NCBI GenBank assembly: GCA_003971905.1
Contig: RSEE01000036.1
Coordinates: 124,001 to 188,000, forward strand
Direction: 5' to 3'
Length of the DNA: 64,000 bases
From: Moniliella sp. 'wahieum'
Lineage: Eukaryota
Shown here: piece after piece, positions 41,109-54,600 of the stretch
Numbering within the stretch: position 1 is the stretch's first letter
Layout of the letters: each line of letters starts with the position of its first letter
The notes under the pieces: model-generated
What the model was told of the DNA's origin: nothing
What the model saw: the letters and a program-made list of their open reading frames with translations, nothing else
Database searches by the model: none
Program-made: the position numbers and the translations under genes

Positions 41109-41717
41109 GCAGGACATCTTACGTTAAAAAGCTCGAGCGTGGCGACCATGACGATAGCGCCTGGATGGGATTTTGGGCCTGAGGCCGCTCAACCTGAGCG
41201 CCTACGCTGAGCCCACAGCCGCTCGATTCATCTGGCCTTCAATGTCACCACCACATCTAATCCAATAGCCCGGCCAGAGGGCCAACATCGTTTTGTGGCT
41301 AGCTAGGCAAGTCTGAAAGGGCATCTGGCGGGAAGTAATTTCTATGCGAAACTAGTTCGGCTACTTCCTCCAGTGGAGGCTGGAAGGCGCCACGCTCGAC
41401 GTCGTCTTCCCGCCTCCGGGGTACCGCGGTTGTCGACCTGAGACCGTCCACATTGCATGTGGACGGGATCTGAGCTGGAAGCTGCTAAAAAAAAGTATAA
41501 GCACCTGCCAAGCATCCGCCAGGTCCGATGCTGTCCAGCGCCAACAGAAGGCCGCCTTCACTACTATGTGGAGGCATGAAACATTGAAACGGCATGTACA
41601 TTGCAGACGAGCCTTAAGGGTATTATTATAGCACTCCCAGTGCCTCCTCTCTTCTCTTCTCTTTTCTCCACCCTTGATCCTGGACCATCGGGGCGTTTTG
41701 ACCGTCCTTACACTACG

Positions 41718-43103
41718 ATGGCCCCACGTCCCAAGCTGAGTACTGCCAAGAGAAACACCCCCCAACGCCCACTCGCCCCAGGGAAGCGCAAGCATCATTC
41801 TCCCAGCATTCCTTCCACCGACGACGATGACGTCTACGTCTCGGCAGACACTGGCGATAACGAGCATCCCAGCCCTTTATCTTCCTATGAGCAATATCAT
41901 CAGGAGAAAAAGAAAGCGAATGCTCGAGGCAACCCAAAGAAACCTCGTGGTGCTCCTACAGGGTACGTTGGTCTATCCATCTTCTGGCTTGGTTCCGCCT
42001 GCATTCAGGCATGGTGTGTGCGCGTCTTTGGGTCAAGTTTACATGCTTCTCTTTTTCGATGGATGTCTGACACTCCGCTTCATTTATCGCACCAAGTGAC
42101 GACGATGAAGATGTGGAGAGAATTGTCCAAGATCTCTTGAGTGCGTCATAACCCCCCCCCCCCCCCTTTTTCTCCCGGCAAGGAAGTGTATGAAGAATGG
42201 CTGCATTTTTATCTGCATGTCTCCATTATATGAGGGACATTTTGGCTCCCTGAAGCAAGGTGTCACCCTCCGCTAACGCCATTTTCATTATCAATTCAAT
42301 CAGATGTACATCGCAAACGAGCATCGAACACCATTTCCAATGCTGAGAAGCGATGGAAGGGAATTATGACCTCCCTTGACTCAGCAGGAAGGCAGGCGGT
42401 GCACACAGCCCAAGCTGACGGCACCAAGATCGAGGGCCTACTTCGGAACTACCTCCAAAAAGTCTCCGTCCCGGTGGCTCAAGATGCGGGTCCTCCCTAC
42501 CAGTCATCCAACAAGAATCTTCTATTTCTCATCTCGTCTGTGGAACACGAGGTGACCAGTCGTGAAAAGGTGAGTATTTTCTTGTCCCCATTCTCATCTT
42601 ACCTTTGGACACTTCTCACATCATGTCACATGCTTCTCTCACTAGGAACAGAGGCAAGTCACAAACAAGTTGAGCGCTTCTATGGAGGGCCCTAGAAGGG
42701 AGATGGCTACGCTGCTTCACACCCTTACCGAAGCCCAGTCCAGTACGTCTACGTCCACACCACTTACACACAACTTTAGAGCCTCACCGGCGAGCGAGTG
42801 CTAACGCTGGGTTTTGCAGCCATCCTCGCCGCACAGCACAATCTATCCCGCCGGCGGCGGAGGATCATCAAGACGTATTCGCGTGACGTTGAGGCTGTTC
42901 TCGACCCAGGGGTAGGCGAGAACCCTCTGGCTCTGGCATCGGCGGATGGATGGGGCCCTTCAAGCAGACTTTTTGGCCCTCGGCCTGCCATGGGAGAAGA
43001 TCCTTTAGTGCACATCGCCTTGGCTGGTACCCACCATGTCCCCGCAACTACGGTCACAGCCAGCGGCCTACTCCGTGCTGGATGGGGGGCTTGCATGATA
43101 TAG
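41718..43103 (+). CDS. Hypothetical multi-exon protein: basic/acidic disordered N-terminus, predicted helical C-terminus
   Basis: ATG at 41718; canonical introns at 42570-42645 and 42743-42819 join open frames; further donor at 41963; exon structure 42.0-42.3 kb unresolved. Confidence 0.5.
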
Positions 43104-43437
43104 CCTCCCTTGTGGTTTTGACGTCTTATGTGATCCCGTGACCGGTTAACCCGACCTCTTTTCGTGCGATAAACACTTTGATCCTGGAACTAGAATTACA
43201 TGTTGGCACTCGTTTTGATTGAACGGGAGGGCGGGCCCGTCGCTCTAGTTACACCTCTGTATGAGAGCCTATGGTAGACCAAAGATGGGATGCCGATATT
43301 TTGATTGTGTTTGTATCAGTCACGTTGGTATTTGAGTACGAAAATGGTGGGTCGAATGTACAGGTCGATGGAACGACTGCACGAGTAGTTGTTTCGCATT
43401 CTCAGCAGAACAGAGAAAAAGATGGCCCGTTAAACTG

Positions 43438-45201
43438 TTACTGGTGAATGTTCTCCCAGTTCTGACCAACAACTTCCGCCAAATCCTTGTCGCTCACTTT
43501 CTTGGATGAATAGTACCCGGCATGGATCTTGGCCGAAATCTCAACCTGGGCATCCGGAGGCAAAAGGTTGTCCGGAATCTCGTAGCGGTTGATAATCTCA
43601 ATACCAGCAGCACGAATGGCGCCGGCCTTCATGTCGGACATGGAGATCATGTTGTCAATCTTCTGAATGCCGAGCCAGACAAGAATGTCTGACATGAGCG
43701 GTTGAAAGCGCGAGTCCTCCAGGCCAGCAACCCGCTCGGTGCGCATAAAGTAGGCGTCGGCCGTGTCTTTGCCACGCTTGCGAGCATTGTACACCATAAA
43801 CTTGATTGTCTCTCCCAGCGCGCGACCCTCCTTACGGAGGTAGACCAGAAGTCCCACCCCGCCCCGCTGGGCGCAGCGAATCGCCTCCTCAATCCCATAA
43901 ATCATGTAGGGGCGGCAAGTGCAGATGGAAGACCCGTGAACGTCGGACGAGTTGCATTCATCGTGCACACGGGCCGTCAACTCTTTGGTGGGATCCGAAA
44001 GGTAGTCGGGGTTGCCAAAGATGTAAACGGTAGCTCCCGTGATGGGTGGCAGGAACACCTGGAGGTCGTTCCGGGTCATGAGCTCGGGGTACATACCCCC
44101 GGTCTCTTCAAACAGCGCCCGACGAAGAAGACCCTCCGAAATACCCAGACGCTGGGCAATACCGGGAAGGAACCAGACAGGTTCGACAGCAATCTTGGAC
44201 GACGCTACTTCAACCCCCGGGTCTTGACTTGGATCCATCCCAGGCAAGCGTTCCGACTTGATGACAAATTCGCCATCGACCGCCAGGCGGCCCAGTTCCA
44301 CCGCATCGTCCAGTTCACGCATCTTGATAAATGCTTTAGTGGCCGCCATAGTTGGGCGCACATCAAGACCAGCCGCAATTTGCTCTTTGAACAATACCTG
44401 GGGAATGTGACCAAAGGGGTCAAGGGTGCAGATCTTGTAAGGGTCGCCCCAGGCAGGTTGGGGGATAATGTCGAAGGCTGGTTCTGTGTTTGTAAAGTCG
44501 GGCATGTGGTTCACTGCCAGCTGACCTGTTGCGACTGCCAGCGCCTTATACACCATGTACGAACCAGAGTGTGCACCAATCGCGTTGCGGCGCTTGATAC
44601 TGTTGGGGTGCCGGCTGGCGACAATCGGCCCACGCACCTTGGGGTCTGGATGTCCAAAGTTCAGCGGGTAAGGATCGATTCCCATCTGAATGGGAGGAAA
44701 GAGGTGAGCATGTTAGTAAACCAGAAAGTTGATGGAGATTCATGAAGGCAAGGAGGACCGACGTACTTGGTTAGGGTAGGTGGTGAGGATGACACGATTG
44801 TTGGCGTAGAAGTCTTCAACTTCCTGGATCCGATCGAGTGTCTTCTGGCTGACGTGCAAGCCAGTACCATCCTTGGGGACCAGCTTCGAGGTAGTGGGGG
44901 ACGAGGTGGCGGAAACCGAAGAGGAAAGCGCAGCAGTGGGCCCACCAGGCACCTTGATGGGCTTGGACAAATCGACCGGAGTCAGTCCGCCAGCCGATTG
45001 GCGGCGGAGAGAAGACGAGGGGCTCCCGATCGGGAGGACGCTGGGGGAGCTGGCGCCGGAGGGTACGGTGAGCGAGTCGAGCTTGGCCTCGAGCTGGGCG
45101 TTCTTGCGCTTGAGCTCTTGGAGTTCGTTGTAGATGAGTGGCAGCAGGGCCGCTTCACTTGTCGGTGGGTCTTGCATCTGGGCAGCTTGGGCAGAGAGCA
45201 T
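43438..45201 (-). CDS. URG1: GTP cyclohydrolase II-like uracil-regulated/uracil-catabolism protein (Urg1/Urc1 family)
   Basis: VILTTYPNQ|MGIDPYPL across intron 44686-44766, RGPIVASRH..RNAIGAHSGSY, RVHDECNSSDVHGSSICTCRPY, YLRKEGRALGE. Confidence 0.9.
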
Positions 45202-46122
45202 GGCGGTGGGGGAGCACCTGGGTGGGGGGCACGCAGGCAAGGAAGGAAGGGGAAAGAAGCACGACCGCAGCCGGCCCCGCCCCCAGCTTAAATACCAGCT
45301 CTTCCCGGCGCCCATATCGATCCGACCGCCCGCAGCGATCTCGTGCCCCAGCCCACAGTGTGGTGCGCACGGTGGCAGCAACACTGGCCTTGTGCGCTGC
45401 TCCCCGCACCCCCGCCGCCTGGCGTCGGGGGCTGGGGCACCGTGGCAGGTCGGGACATAGATAACGCACAACTGGCCCCGTGCCTGGTGCTCCCGGGAAG
45501 CACGGTGCCTGTCTCGGTCGAGCATGGCTCCAGCCGGGGTCTTTTGGAGAGCGCAGTGCAGAGGGGCGAGGGTCGCCATCGACCATCGCCTATCCTCGTC
45601 GGTTGGGGCGCGGGGTGGGAAAGCGGATGATCGGGTGCGGATCCGACCGCGAAGGCCGCCAGTGTTGCTATCAGCTGCTGCCTGTCGAACAGCACCAATC
45701 GCTTTGTAGGCGCGCCTCATTGATGTCGGCGCGATCACATCAATCGATCTCAATCAATCCCCATCGGTGTGGGTTTGAAACTATGCATTGTTGCTTTCAT
45801 CGATAAGCGGCAACCGCCGTGGCCTTGCTGGCCTTAGCGTCTTAGCCCAGATAACGCCTGGGACACGGTCCACTGTTACGCAATGAATTAGTAACTACTG
45901 TAGTAACTCCAGACGCACTCCTGTGTGAGTGGGGCTCCTGTGGGAACTTCAAGCTGTATTATTGATGGTTGCTGCGCCCATCTTCTACGCCCATCTGACG
46001 TTGATTCAATGACGCCCTCCTCGACAGGCTCCACAACGATCTTCTTATCTCTTCCGCGGCATATTTCCCTCTTGCAGTCGATCATGATCGCATGATCTGC
46101 ACCACTGATCCTCGGGGAATCC

Positions 46123-46339
46123 TGTTGGGACCCGTGGTCCCGTACTTAGGCCAAGGCGCCTCATCACCCTTCACCCCTGATTTGTCCTCCGAAGCCTCCA
46201 CGTGTATACTCAGGCTTGTCTGAACCCCTGTCTCTAGGTGTGGCACAAGGCTTAGACCTTAACCACCACCATCGCGATTGCATTGCTCTACATTTCCAGA
46301 GGTTCTTCACCCAATCCCTTGGGTTCCTCCGGTCTTACA
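46123..46339 (+). repeat. 5' LTR
   Basis: tgttgggacc...ggtcttaca. Confidence 0.95.
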
Positions 46340-46445
46340 GAGTTACAATCCTCTTGACGCTCAGCCCTGAGCCTTCCACTCTTACACTCTTCGGTCCTCC
46401 GCTGCCGGCCCTATCCACAAGCGCTTGCTCGAACTGCGTAAGCTA

Positions 46446-49400
46446 ATGGCAAGCATCATGAGCTCTCAGACTCAGGAGTCTTGGTTCAACTCCTCAACCC
46501 CTACTTCACCAACTGCCGGAGCAGAAGAGAGCACCACTCCCGTCGGAGTTGACCACGCCTCCCCGCCGCTGACACCATCGCGTGAATCTACCCCTACACC
46601 TCAACCCACCCCCGTGGGCCCCGACAACACCGCGAACGACGTCGCCACCCTCGCCGACCGCATTCGCAACATGTTCAAATTGTTTCCCGAACACATCACC
46701 CTCAAACAGCTACAGGACACTGGTATCAAGCTTGGGTACAGCGAAAAGACGACCACAGAAGCCATTGTCATGTTATCATGTGAGAATCCACCCAATGCTA
46801 GCAAGAACGAAGGTGCCTTATCGTCAACTCCGGCCGTCGACGACAACCCGTGGGCTTTGACTCCCGACAAGCTCCTCCGTAGTGCCACTCGCAGCAACGT
46901 GCCGTACCACGAGCGTTTCCACAACAACAGCTCGTTTTGGTTATGGACCCGGATCTTCCTCCCTCGTATCCAGATTATCCCTGGAGCGCGTGAGCATCTG
47001 GAACAGGGCAAGGCCCTGGACGGGTATAACGCAGAACTGGACGCTCACTTGGCCAACATTCTACTCCCGTGGATAGACTCCGACGTCGTCCAGCAGATCA
47101 CCGGCGATGGCACGCCGGCTCTAGGGTCTGCATACTATCATGCTCTGCGTGATTTGTACGGCACCGTTTCAGACACTGAGATCTGTGATATCCTCATAAA
47201 GGTTCTCACTCTCAAAATGGGCACCAAGTCGGGCCGCCAATACCTGAATGAGTTCACTGTGGCGGTAACCCAGTACGAGATGACGTCCAAGTCCAAGCTG
47301 GACGAGATTGGTCTAGCACAGATGCTACGGAAAGGCGTTACTGATCAGGGGTGGTTGCACCTCCATCGTAACAGCAGCTACGCCGAATTGCGCCGAGCAG
47401 TGAGCGAACTCAAAGGCTCCAACTACGGCAGTACCTCCAGTTCAAGCCCAGCTCCCTCCAGTACGGCCCCTTCGGAAGCCACGTCGCACAGCCAAACAAG
47501 CAGTACGGTGACAGGCCGCGGACGAGGCCGAGGTGGCAGCGGGTACAGAGGAAGTCACCGTGGTGGCCAACGTGGCGGCCACTTTAGCCGGCCGGCTACG
47601 ACAGCCCAGACCACCTCATCTGCCCATGCAGTAACCCCTATGGCAGCCACTACACCACCCAAGCCAGCCAACCTCCCTGCGCAACACGATTCAGGTGCGA
47701 GACCATCCGTATTCAATGAACGAAGTGCGTTTATCAATCTTCGTCCACACCGCGAGCCCATAGCAGTGGCAAACGGACAGATCGCATACACTGAAGGCAT
47801 TGGCACCATCTCTATGTACATTCAAACCCAGAACGGAGCCCCTATCCGCATCCACCTACCCGGCAGCTTGTACTGCCCCACCTTCCCGACCAACCTGCTC
47901 AGCGCTTACCATCTATCTATCGCAGGCATTGGCAGCTGGATCCCTCCAGGTGGCCATGGTCTCTATCTCGGACGACACGGCGAACCTTTTCGTCTCGCCG
48001 CCGACTCAAGCTATTCCCTTACTCTGGCGCCCAATACGACAGCCACAGCCAACAGCGCCACTTCGCTACTCAACCTTGATGCAACCCTGGTCAAGGTGAA
48101 AAACGCCCACATCCGATGGAATCATGCACCTCTAGATCAACTTTCATCCCTCACGTCGGATGACCCAGCATTCGAACGGGTCAACAGTGGCGACATCGCT
48201 TTAGTCCGGTCCTCGTGGCACTGTGCACCATGCGCATTAAGCAGAGCCACTGCCCCACCCCACGCCACGACTGGACGCCCAATCCGAACCATTCGCCCTT
48301 TCTCTCTCCTCCACCTCGACGTCCTTGACATATCCCGCCAAGGCGGCGGGGTCATACTTACGCCCTTATCATTGTCGACGACTTTACGCGGTATACCTGG
48401 ACGCTACCCCTGGTGTCCAAGGGTGATGCCACAGCCGAACTTCAAGCCTTCATCCGGCGCGAGCATCGCCAACATCCCGACCGCCCCCTTCAGACGGTCC
48501 GCTCTGACAATGCGCCTGAACTCACCACCGCAATGGACGAGTTTTACTGCGAGCTGGGAGTAGTGAGCGAGCGCACCAATCCTGGCGAAAGTGCGTCCAA
48601 TGGGGTCGCCGAACGCGCCATAAGATCGATTACGGATCGCGCTCGACTCATGGTAATCGCCAACAGATTGACTCCCGACGAGTGGTGGGAACACAGCTTG
48701 TTGGCGGCCACATATGCACACAACCAGTCGCCGCCGAAAGCACTGGGTGGGGACAGCCGATTTGTCCGGTACCATGGCTTCAAACCCTCCCTTCGCATGC
48801 GCGGTTTTGGCACTCTTGCCTACCTGCACCTATTGCCCAACCAACGCGAGGGCGGCAAACTTGGTCCGCGGGCCGTCCCAGCAATGTTGGTGGGTTACGG
48901 GCACGGCCGCGGTTCGAAGGGGTGGCTCTTTGCCATCCACCAGGACGACGGCCAAGTTGGATTCCGTTGGAAAAAGCCGTCCACCTGGACGCATGTCCCG
49001 TACACCACCGAATATCCCACGCACTTTCATCTGGACCCCCTTGTCCCTGCTGGTGGCGGAGAGGTGCGGGGGGCGGAGAAATGGGTGCTGGTGGGAAGTC
49101 AGACAGCTCCCCACCCCGGCGTGTGCGTTTTGCGATAGATGAACTGACCCGCGATACTAATGGTAAGAAAGACAATGCCCCCCATGGAAAAAGAAAATTA
49201 AAAGAACGAAAAACAGAGGCACATCGCCCGGCTCAAGCCAACGAAAATGAGAATTCAGAGCCTGGCCCCACTCCCACCAACTCCAACCCCCCACATGTAT
49301 CCCCCCAACCTGTTGCATCTGACCCCGCAGGCATGGCACAACGCCAGGCAAAGCAAGCCGAAGAAAATGAAACTATCACAGAAGATGCCGTTGACACTGG

Positions 49401-51396
49401 CCACCAAGTCCTGCTTTCCCCTCCCTCTTCCACTTCCCCTTCCTCTCCCGCCCTATCCCCCTCCCCTCTCTCCCCCACCGACACGCTCGCCCCCGTGACC
49501 GTGCCCCTGACCGATACAGCCGTCCCCGCACTCGTGCGTCGCAATCCCGTTCGCCAAGCGCGTATCAACGCTCCACCCCTCGACCTGTCCATTCCAGCCA
49601 ACGACAATTTGCGCGATGGCACCTTTTCCCTGCTCGTCAACAAGGCCCCTAGCATCTTTGGCAACCCGGCCGCCCTCTCCGCCCTAGGAATGCAGGCTTT
49701 GGTGAGTATTTTCGGACCAGCGCCGGACACATCCATGCTACCTGCTTCGGAGCCAAGCTCGCCCCCCATTGCACTCGCAATCGAATCCGCGGCAAGTGAC
49801 ACCGAGGTCATACTGACCACCGATGGGGTCCCGGTGGCCCCCAAGAACATCAAGAAGTTGGTGGGTCACCCTGCCTTTGATGGCGTACTCGAGGCAATGC
49901 GCCTCGAGCTTCGGCGTTTTGACGAGCGTGACGTGAAGGAAGTTGTACCCATCCCCCCAGGGATCAAACCCCTTCCCGGCATGTGGGTCATAGGTACTAA
50001 GACGGATGCGGATGCTAACTTCCTCAAGTACCGTGCCCGCTACGTTGTGGGAGGGCACCGGCAAGTTCCTGGCACATGGGCGAAATCTTTTGCTCCTGCC
50101 GTTCGTACTGCTGCCGTCAACACGCTAATTGCGTTGGCCGAAGCTGATGGCCTCCACTTATTTTCTGCCGATGTGGAAGCTGCCTACCTCTATGCCGATA
50201 TCAACGAGCTCGTCTATGTTCGACCACCCCCCTTCTTCCCAGAAGCGCCCGGTCATTGCTGGAGACTCAAGAAAAGTCTCTATGGCCTGCACCAGAGCGG
50301 GGCCAACTTTGGAGATTGGCTCCGCACTTTCCTTTGCGACCGACTCCACTTCACTAGCCTAAAATCAGAGCCTTGCCTGTTCATACGTCGCACCGAACCT
50401 CTTGGCCTGATCCTAATCGCCGTCCACACTGACGACTTTTTGGTCGCGTGTCGGTCCCAAGAAGCGTATGATGAATTCTTAGTGGAATTAAGGCGCAGCA
50501 TCCAAATTAAGTCCAACGGCCCCCTACGTTTCCATCTCGGCTGCCAATACGACCGTATCGATGGACGACTGTACATCAGCCAACCCAAATTCATCGCTGA
50601 GACGCTTGCCGCGCATGACATATCACCTCACCGGCCCCGCTACCTTCCAATCGGCCACCAACTTCCGCCTCCCAAGCGACCCGAACACGAAAAGCGTGCC
50701 ACTCGAGACGAGCACCGTGCCTACCGTTCTATTGTCGGATCCAGCTTGTGGGCGGCTCGTATGTCCCGGCCTGATGCCCTCTTTGCGGCTACCTTTTTAG
50801 CGCGGTTTATGGACGACCCGTCCGCCGCCCACCGACGCGCAGCGGAGGACCTATTACGTTTCTTCGCCGGTACGTCTGACTACTCTTTGTGCCTCACACC
50901 CAACCGATCTCGCCCTCTACTCGAGCTGCACACCGATGCCTCCTTTGCATCAGACAAGAGCAACTCTCACTCCGTTTCGGGCCATGTTGTTTTTGTTTTC
51001 GGTGTGCCTGTATCCTGGGGCTCCAAGTCCCAAAATCAAGGTGTGAGCAACACAGCAGCATCTGAATACCTAGCCATGGGAGATGGCCTTCGAGATGCTC
51101 TATTCATTCGCAACATACTGTTTGAACTTGGTGTCTGCAAGGCTAATCACCCGATTGAGCTCTTTGTTGACAACACCGCTGCCAAAGCGTTGGCCGAAAA
51201 GCTCGGCAGCCTAGGCAAAATACGGGAGATTGACGTCTCGTACCACGAGGTGCGGGAACGCATCCACCGAGGCGAAATTAAAGTCCACTACTCCAGGTGC
51301 AACCCTCTCCCTGACTGGTTCACCAAACCTCTTTCTCTTCCCAAGATCATTTCTGCGCGTAACAATTTCGATTTGGCTTCTCTTTCTTCGCGCTGA
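46446..51396 (+). CDS. Copia gag-pol polyprotein (two apparent frameshifts, near 48350 and 48960)
   Basis: Protease HDSGA..IAVANG..NLLS; HIRWNH..CAPC; integrase LHLDV, RSDNAPE, SNGVAER; GKLGPRA..LVGY; RT YRARYVVGG, ADVEAAYL, LYGLHQSG, VHTDD; RNase H TDASFA, SEYLA, VDNTAA, DWFTK. Confidence 0.95.
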
Positions 51397-51461
51397 TCCC
51401 CTTTCTACTTTTCTTTTGTTGATGGCCAACGGGCTTCTTTCGTTCCCTTGGCCCGGGGGGG

Positions 51462-51678
51462 TGTTGGGACCCGTGGTCCCGTACTTAGGCCAAGGCGCCT
51501 CATCACCCTTCACCCCTGATTTGTCCTCCGAAGCCTCCACGTGTATACTCAGGCTTGTCTGAACCCCTGTCTCTAGGTGTGGCACAAGGCTTAGACCTTA
51601 ACCACCACCATCGCGATTGCATTGCTCTACATTTCCAGAGGTTCTTCACCCAATCCCTTGGGTTCCTCCGGTCTTACC
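51462..51678 (+). repeat. 3' LTR
   Basis: Identical to the 5' LTR by eye except the terminal base (C instead of A). Confidence 0.95.
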
Positions 51679-51698
51679 AATCCCTCGGTTTCCAGGCT

Positions 51699-54600
51699 CA
51701 CTACTATAGCTAATCGAAATTTCTAGCCCAGAACCTTGCCGCCTCGCCACAAGCTTGTCTTAGATTTGAGGGGCACAACCCTGTCACAGCCTCACCAACA
51801 CAGCTAGCCCCAACCTCTTGGACCACACCGCGGCAAGGCCGCCAGCGAGGTTGTCCCTAGATTGCTGCCTATAAAGGTCGTGGCAACCTTGCCCACCATT
51901 CTAGTAAAACCTTGTCCGCCATTCTAGTCGCAATCTTGCCCGCCACCCTATTTCGCGACGTTGTGGATAGCGGGTAGCATCTACCCATGTTAAAAAGGAA
52001 GGTGTGTCCAGGAATCGAACTTGTGGTTTCCCCCGCTGAAAGTGACATAGACCGTTGCACCATAAAAGCAACTACTTTGCGGCGATCACTGGACCCAATA
52101 TTCGTATGTCGTTTTTCACACGAAGAGTCGTCAAAAACATTTGTAGACTGGTGGTGAAGAGTATACATCAGTGGTGGGTACAACTTCTCATAGTATCATT
52201 CGTAGCCCATATGGAACCGTCTACACATTCATTGCTGTAATCGTACTGCCCGCACAATGTCTTCGTCCGTCGATGGAACATTATCGTCCTCGACCGCCCA
52301 GTCCTAGGCAAAGGCCAAGTCAGCAAGTCGCAGGATGTCGATGTGGGGAGAGAGAGTGTGACAAAGTGGTTAAGCACTAACGTATAGCAGCGCTGCACCG
52401 CCGATGTCCGAGCCCGTCTTGCTTAAACTCATCCAGCAGCTCCAGGACCCCGAGACGAAATCGGGGAGTGGCTTCTTACGTTTCTTGCTATTACTTGCCC
52501 CTGCCGAGTCATCCAGACTCTTTCGGTACTTAAACAGGAGAAAGGAGGCGTCCTTCAAATACTTGTCGTTCACCCCCGTCTGGTTTGCTCGGTCGTCGAC
52601 CCGACCGTCGTTCTGGACGACCATATCGAGCTGGTGATCGACTTCGCGCCTATAGTAGCTTCGACGCTTGAACGTAGATTCCTTTCCGTCTTAATGTGTT
52701 CGCCAGTTAGTCAGTCGCCTTGGTGCACACTCAGCACAGCACTAGAGCCTCGTGTACGCACCAGACAGTCAGTCACGTTCTCCGCCAATGTATTTATACC
52801 CCGTTGCCATCCGCAGTCGCACAAACGACAGCACACGTGAGCAGTCATGCACATCACTGAAGCCATCTCGTTATCGCCCTTCATTATCGGCAACACGAGC
52901 TGTACAAAGATCCATCCCTCGGTAGTCGAATCCCAGACAGGGATGAGCTCCTCGTGATACCGCCTGTGTATGCTCGAAAAAGGCATTAGCAAGCTTCCTT
53001 TCCGTGCACAGGAATCACGGCGGCTTCACACTGCAAGCAACTTGGTCTAGGTAGTGATACTCACACTTAAGCTGTTTGACCAGCTGCTCGCACAACGGGA
53101 GGAGAGACTTTGCTGTTTCTGATGCAAACAAGAAAGGTTCTTTGCCCATCTAGACTCGGCCCGTGATATGTCCATGTTGCCCAGAAGCAGGCTGTTAAGA
53201 GAGCTTGGCCAATTGGACACATTGTCTGCAAAACCATTGGCCCATCCCTCCAGCTGGAGACGGACTAGTTGTTTCGGTCACAGGCCGTGGCACTGAGGGT
53301 GCTGATGCCCTTCTTCATTTCCTCCCCGTCCCACGTGCCGATGTCGTGCCAGGATGGAAGTCAGTAAGCCAAGAGTTTCCGCTGCGCGGTGGAGTGCAAG
53401 GCAATTTACTGATGGCCGTCGTTGAGGTGCAGCTTTTGGTCATGTTCACCTAGGCAAGAAAGACGGTACATGTCGTTTCGACATGTGAACTTCAGCAGTT
53501 TGGTCGTCTCATCCTGGGCCGAGTTGGCCACGATGTTGTATCACAAGTCACTGTCGGCGTCGTGTTGCCACAAGACGAGAAAGAAAGGCGCGGTAATACC
53601 GAGCAGGTGAATAGGTTCGCCAAGGTACATGTGAATATCCAGATCGCGTGGACGCTTATTGACCATCGGCTCAGTCGCTTTTGCCGATCAGATCCCATCG
53701 TCCCTTGTGTGGTTCTTCCATGAACCCGTCCCTGTGAGGACCTGGACCATAGCCCTGGGCGACCAGGGCTTGGTTTACTGTGGCATCTTGGAGCGGATGG
53801 AAGGGTTCGAGGACATGTATGAGCTGGAAAATGCCGTCGACCGAAGAACACAATGTACATCGTCTCCTGATACAAACTGGATGCTCCGATGCACACGAGA
53901 GGCTGCTGCACCTTCTCAATTGCCTTAGTTTTGTTGAGCGAGTAAAAAAGAGACAATTTCCCTTCGGTCTTGCCCGCGACTTGTGCGAATGTGGTCTTCT
54001 CTCGCAACGAGATAGTTGGACTGGAGTATTCGTGCTGTATATAGCTGCTGTCACGACTATCTCAAGTGCACAACTTAAAAAGAATCTATATATGAAACGC
54101 CCTGGCAGGCTGCAGGGGGGCGCCGTGGGCTGGCGGTGGCGTGGGGGACAACACTGGCGCCATGCGGGTGGACCACCGGTGGTTGCGTCTATAACCGCAT
54201 GCAGCTGCGCCGATGCTCTTGCCTCTCGACTACCACCACCATCACCACCGCCTCTCTCTCGCTGGCCACACACTGTGCTACCAGAGCTGGCGCCATGTGC
54301 CCGGCTCGTTGCGCTGCCATTATATACACCCCCGCCGATGTGCTTGCTGTGCAAGGGCCTGGCCTCGGTATGTCCACGCCCCCCGGGCGGATGCTTGTCG
54401 TACTGACTCGTCTGTGCGCAGCTGACGGAAACGAGTCGACCACGCCTGGTGGCATGGTCTTGCCTGGTATCCTTCACGTCAAGATATCGGTCATGCCTCC
54501 CAACAGCGATTGAACATCAACGACAAGGGCGCTTCGAGCGGACGGTCGACGGCGACGGTTTCTCCGGCCAGGGCTCGACGGTCAGTACTTGCGCTTTGTC

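Larger units (their letters stand above)
46123..51678 (+). mobile_element. Full-length Ty1/copia LTR retrotransposon
   Basis: 217-bp direct repeats starting TG, AATCC TSD (46118-46122 and 51679-51683), G-run PPT 51455-51461, PR-IN-RT-RH domain order. Confidence 0.97.
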
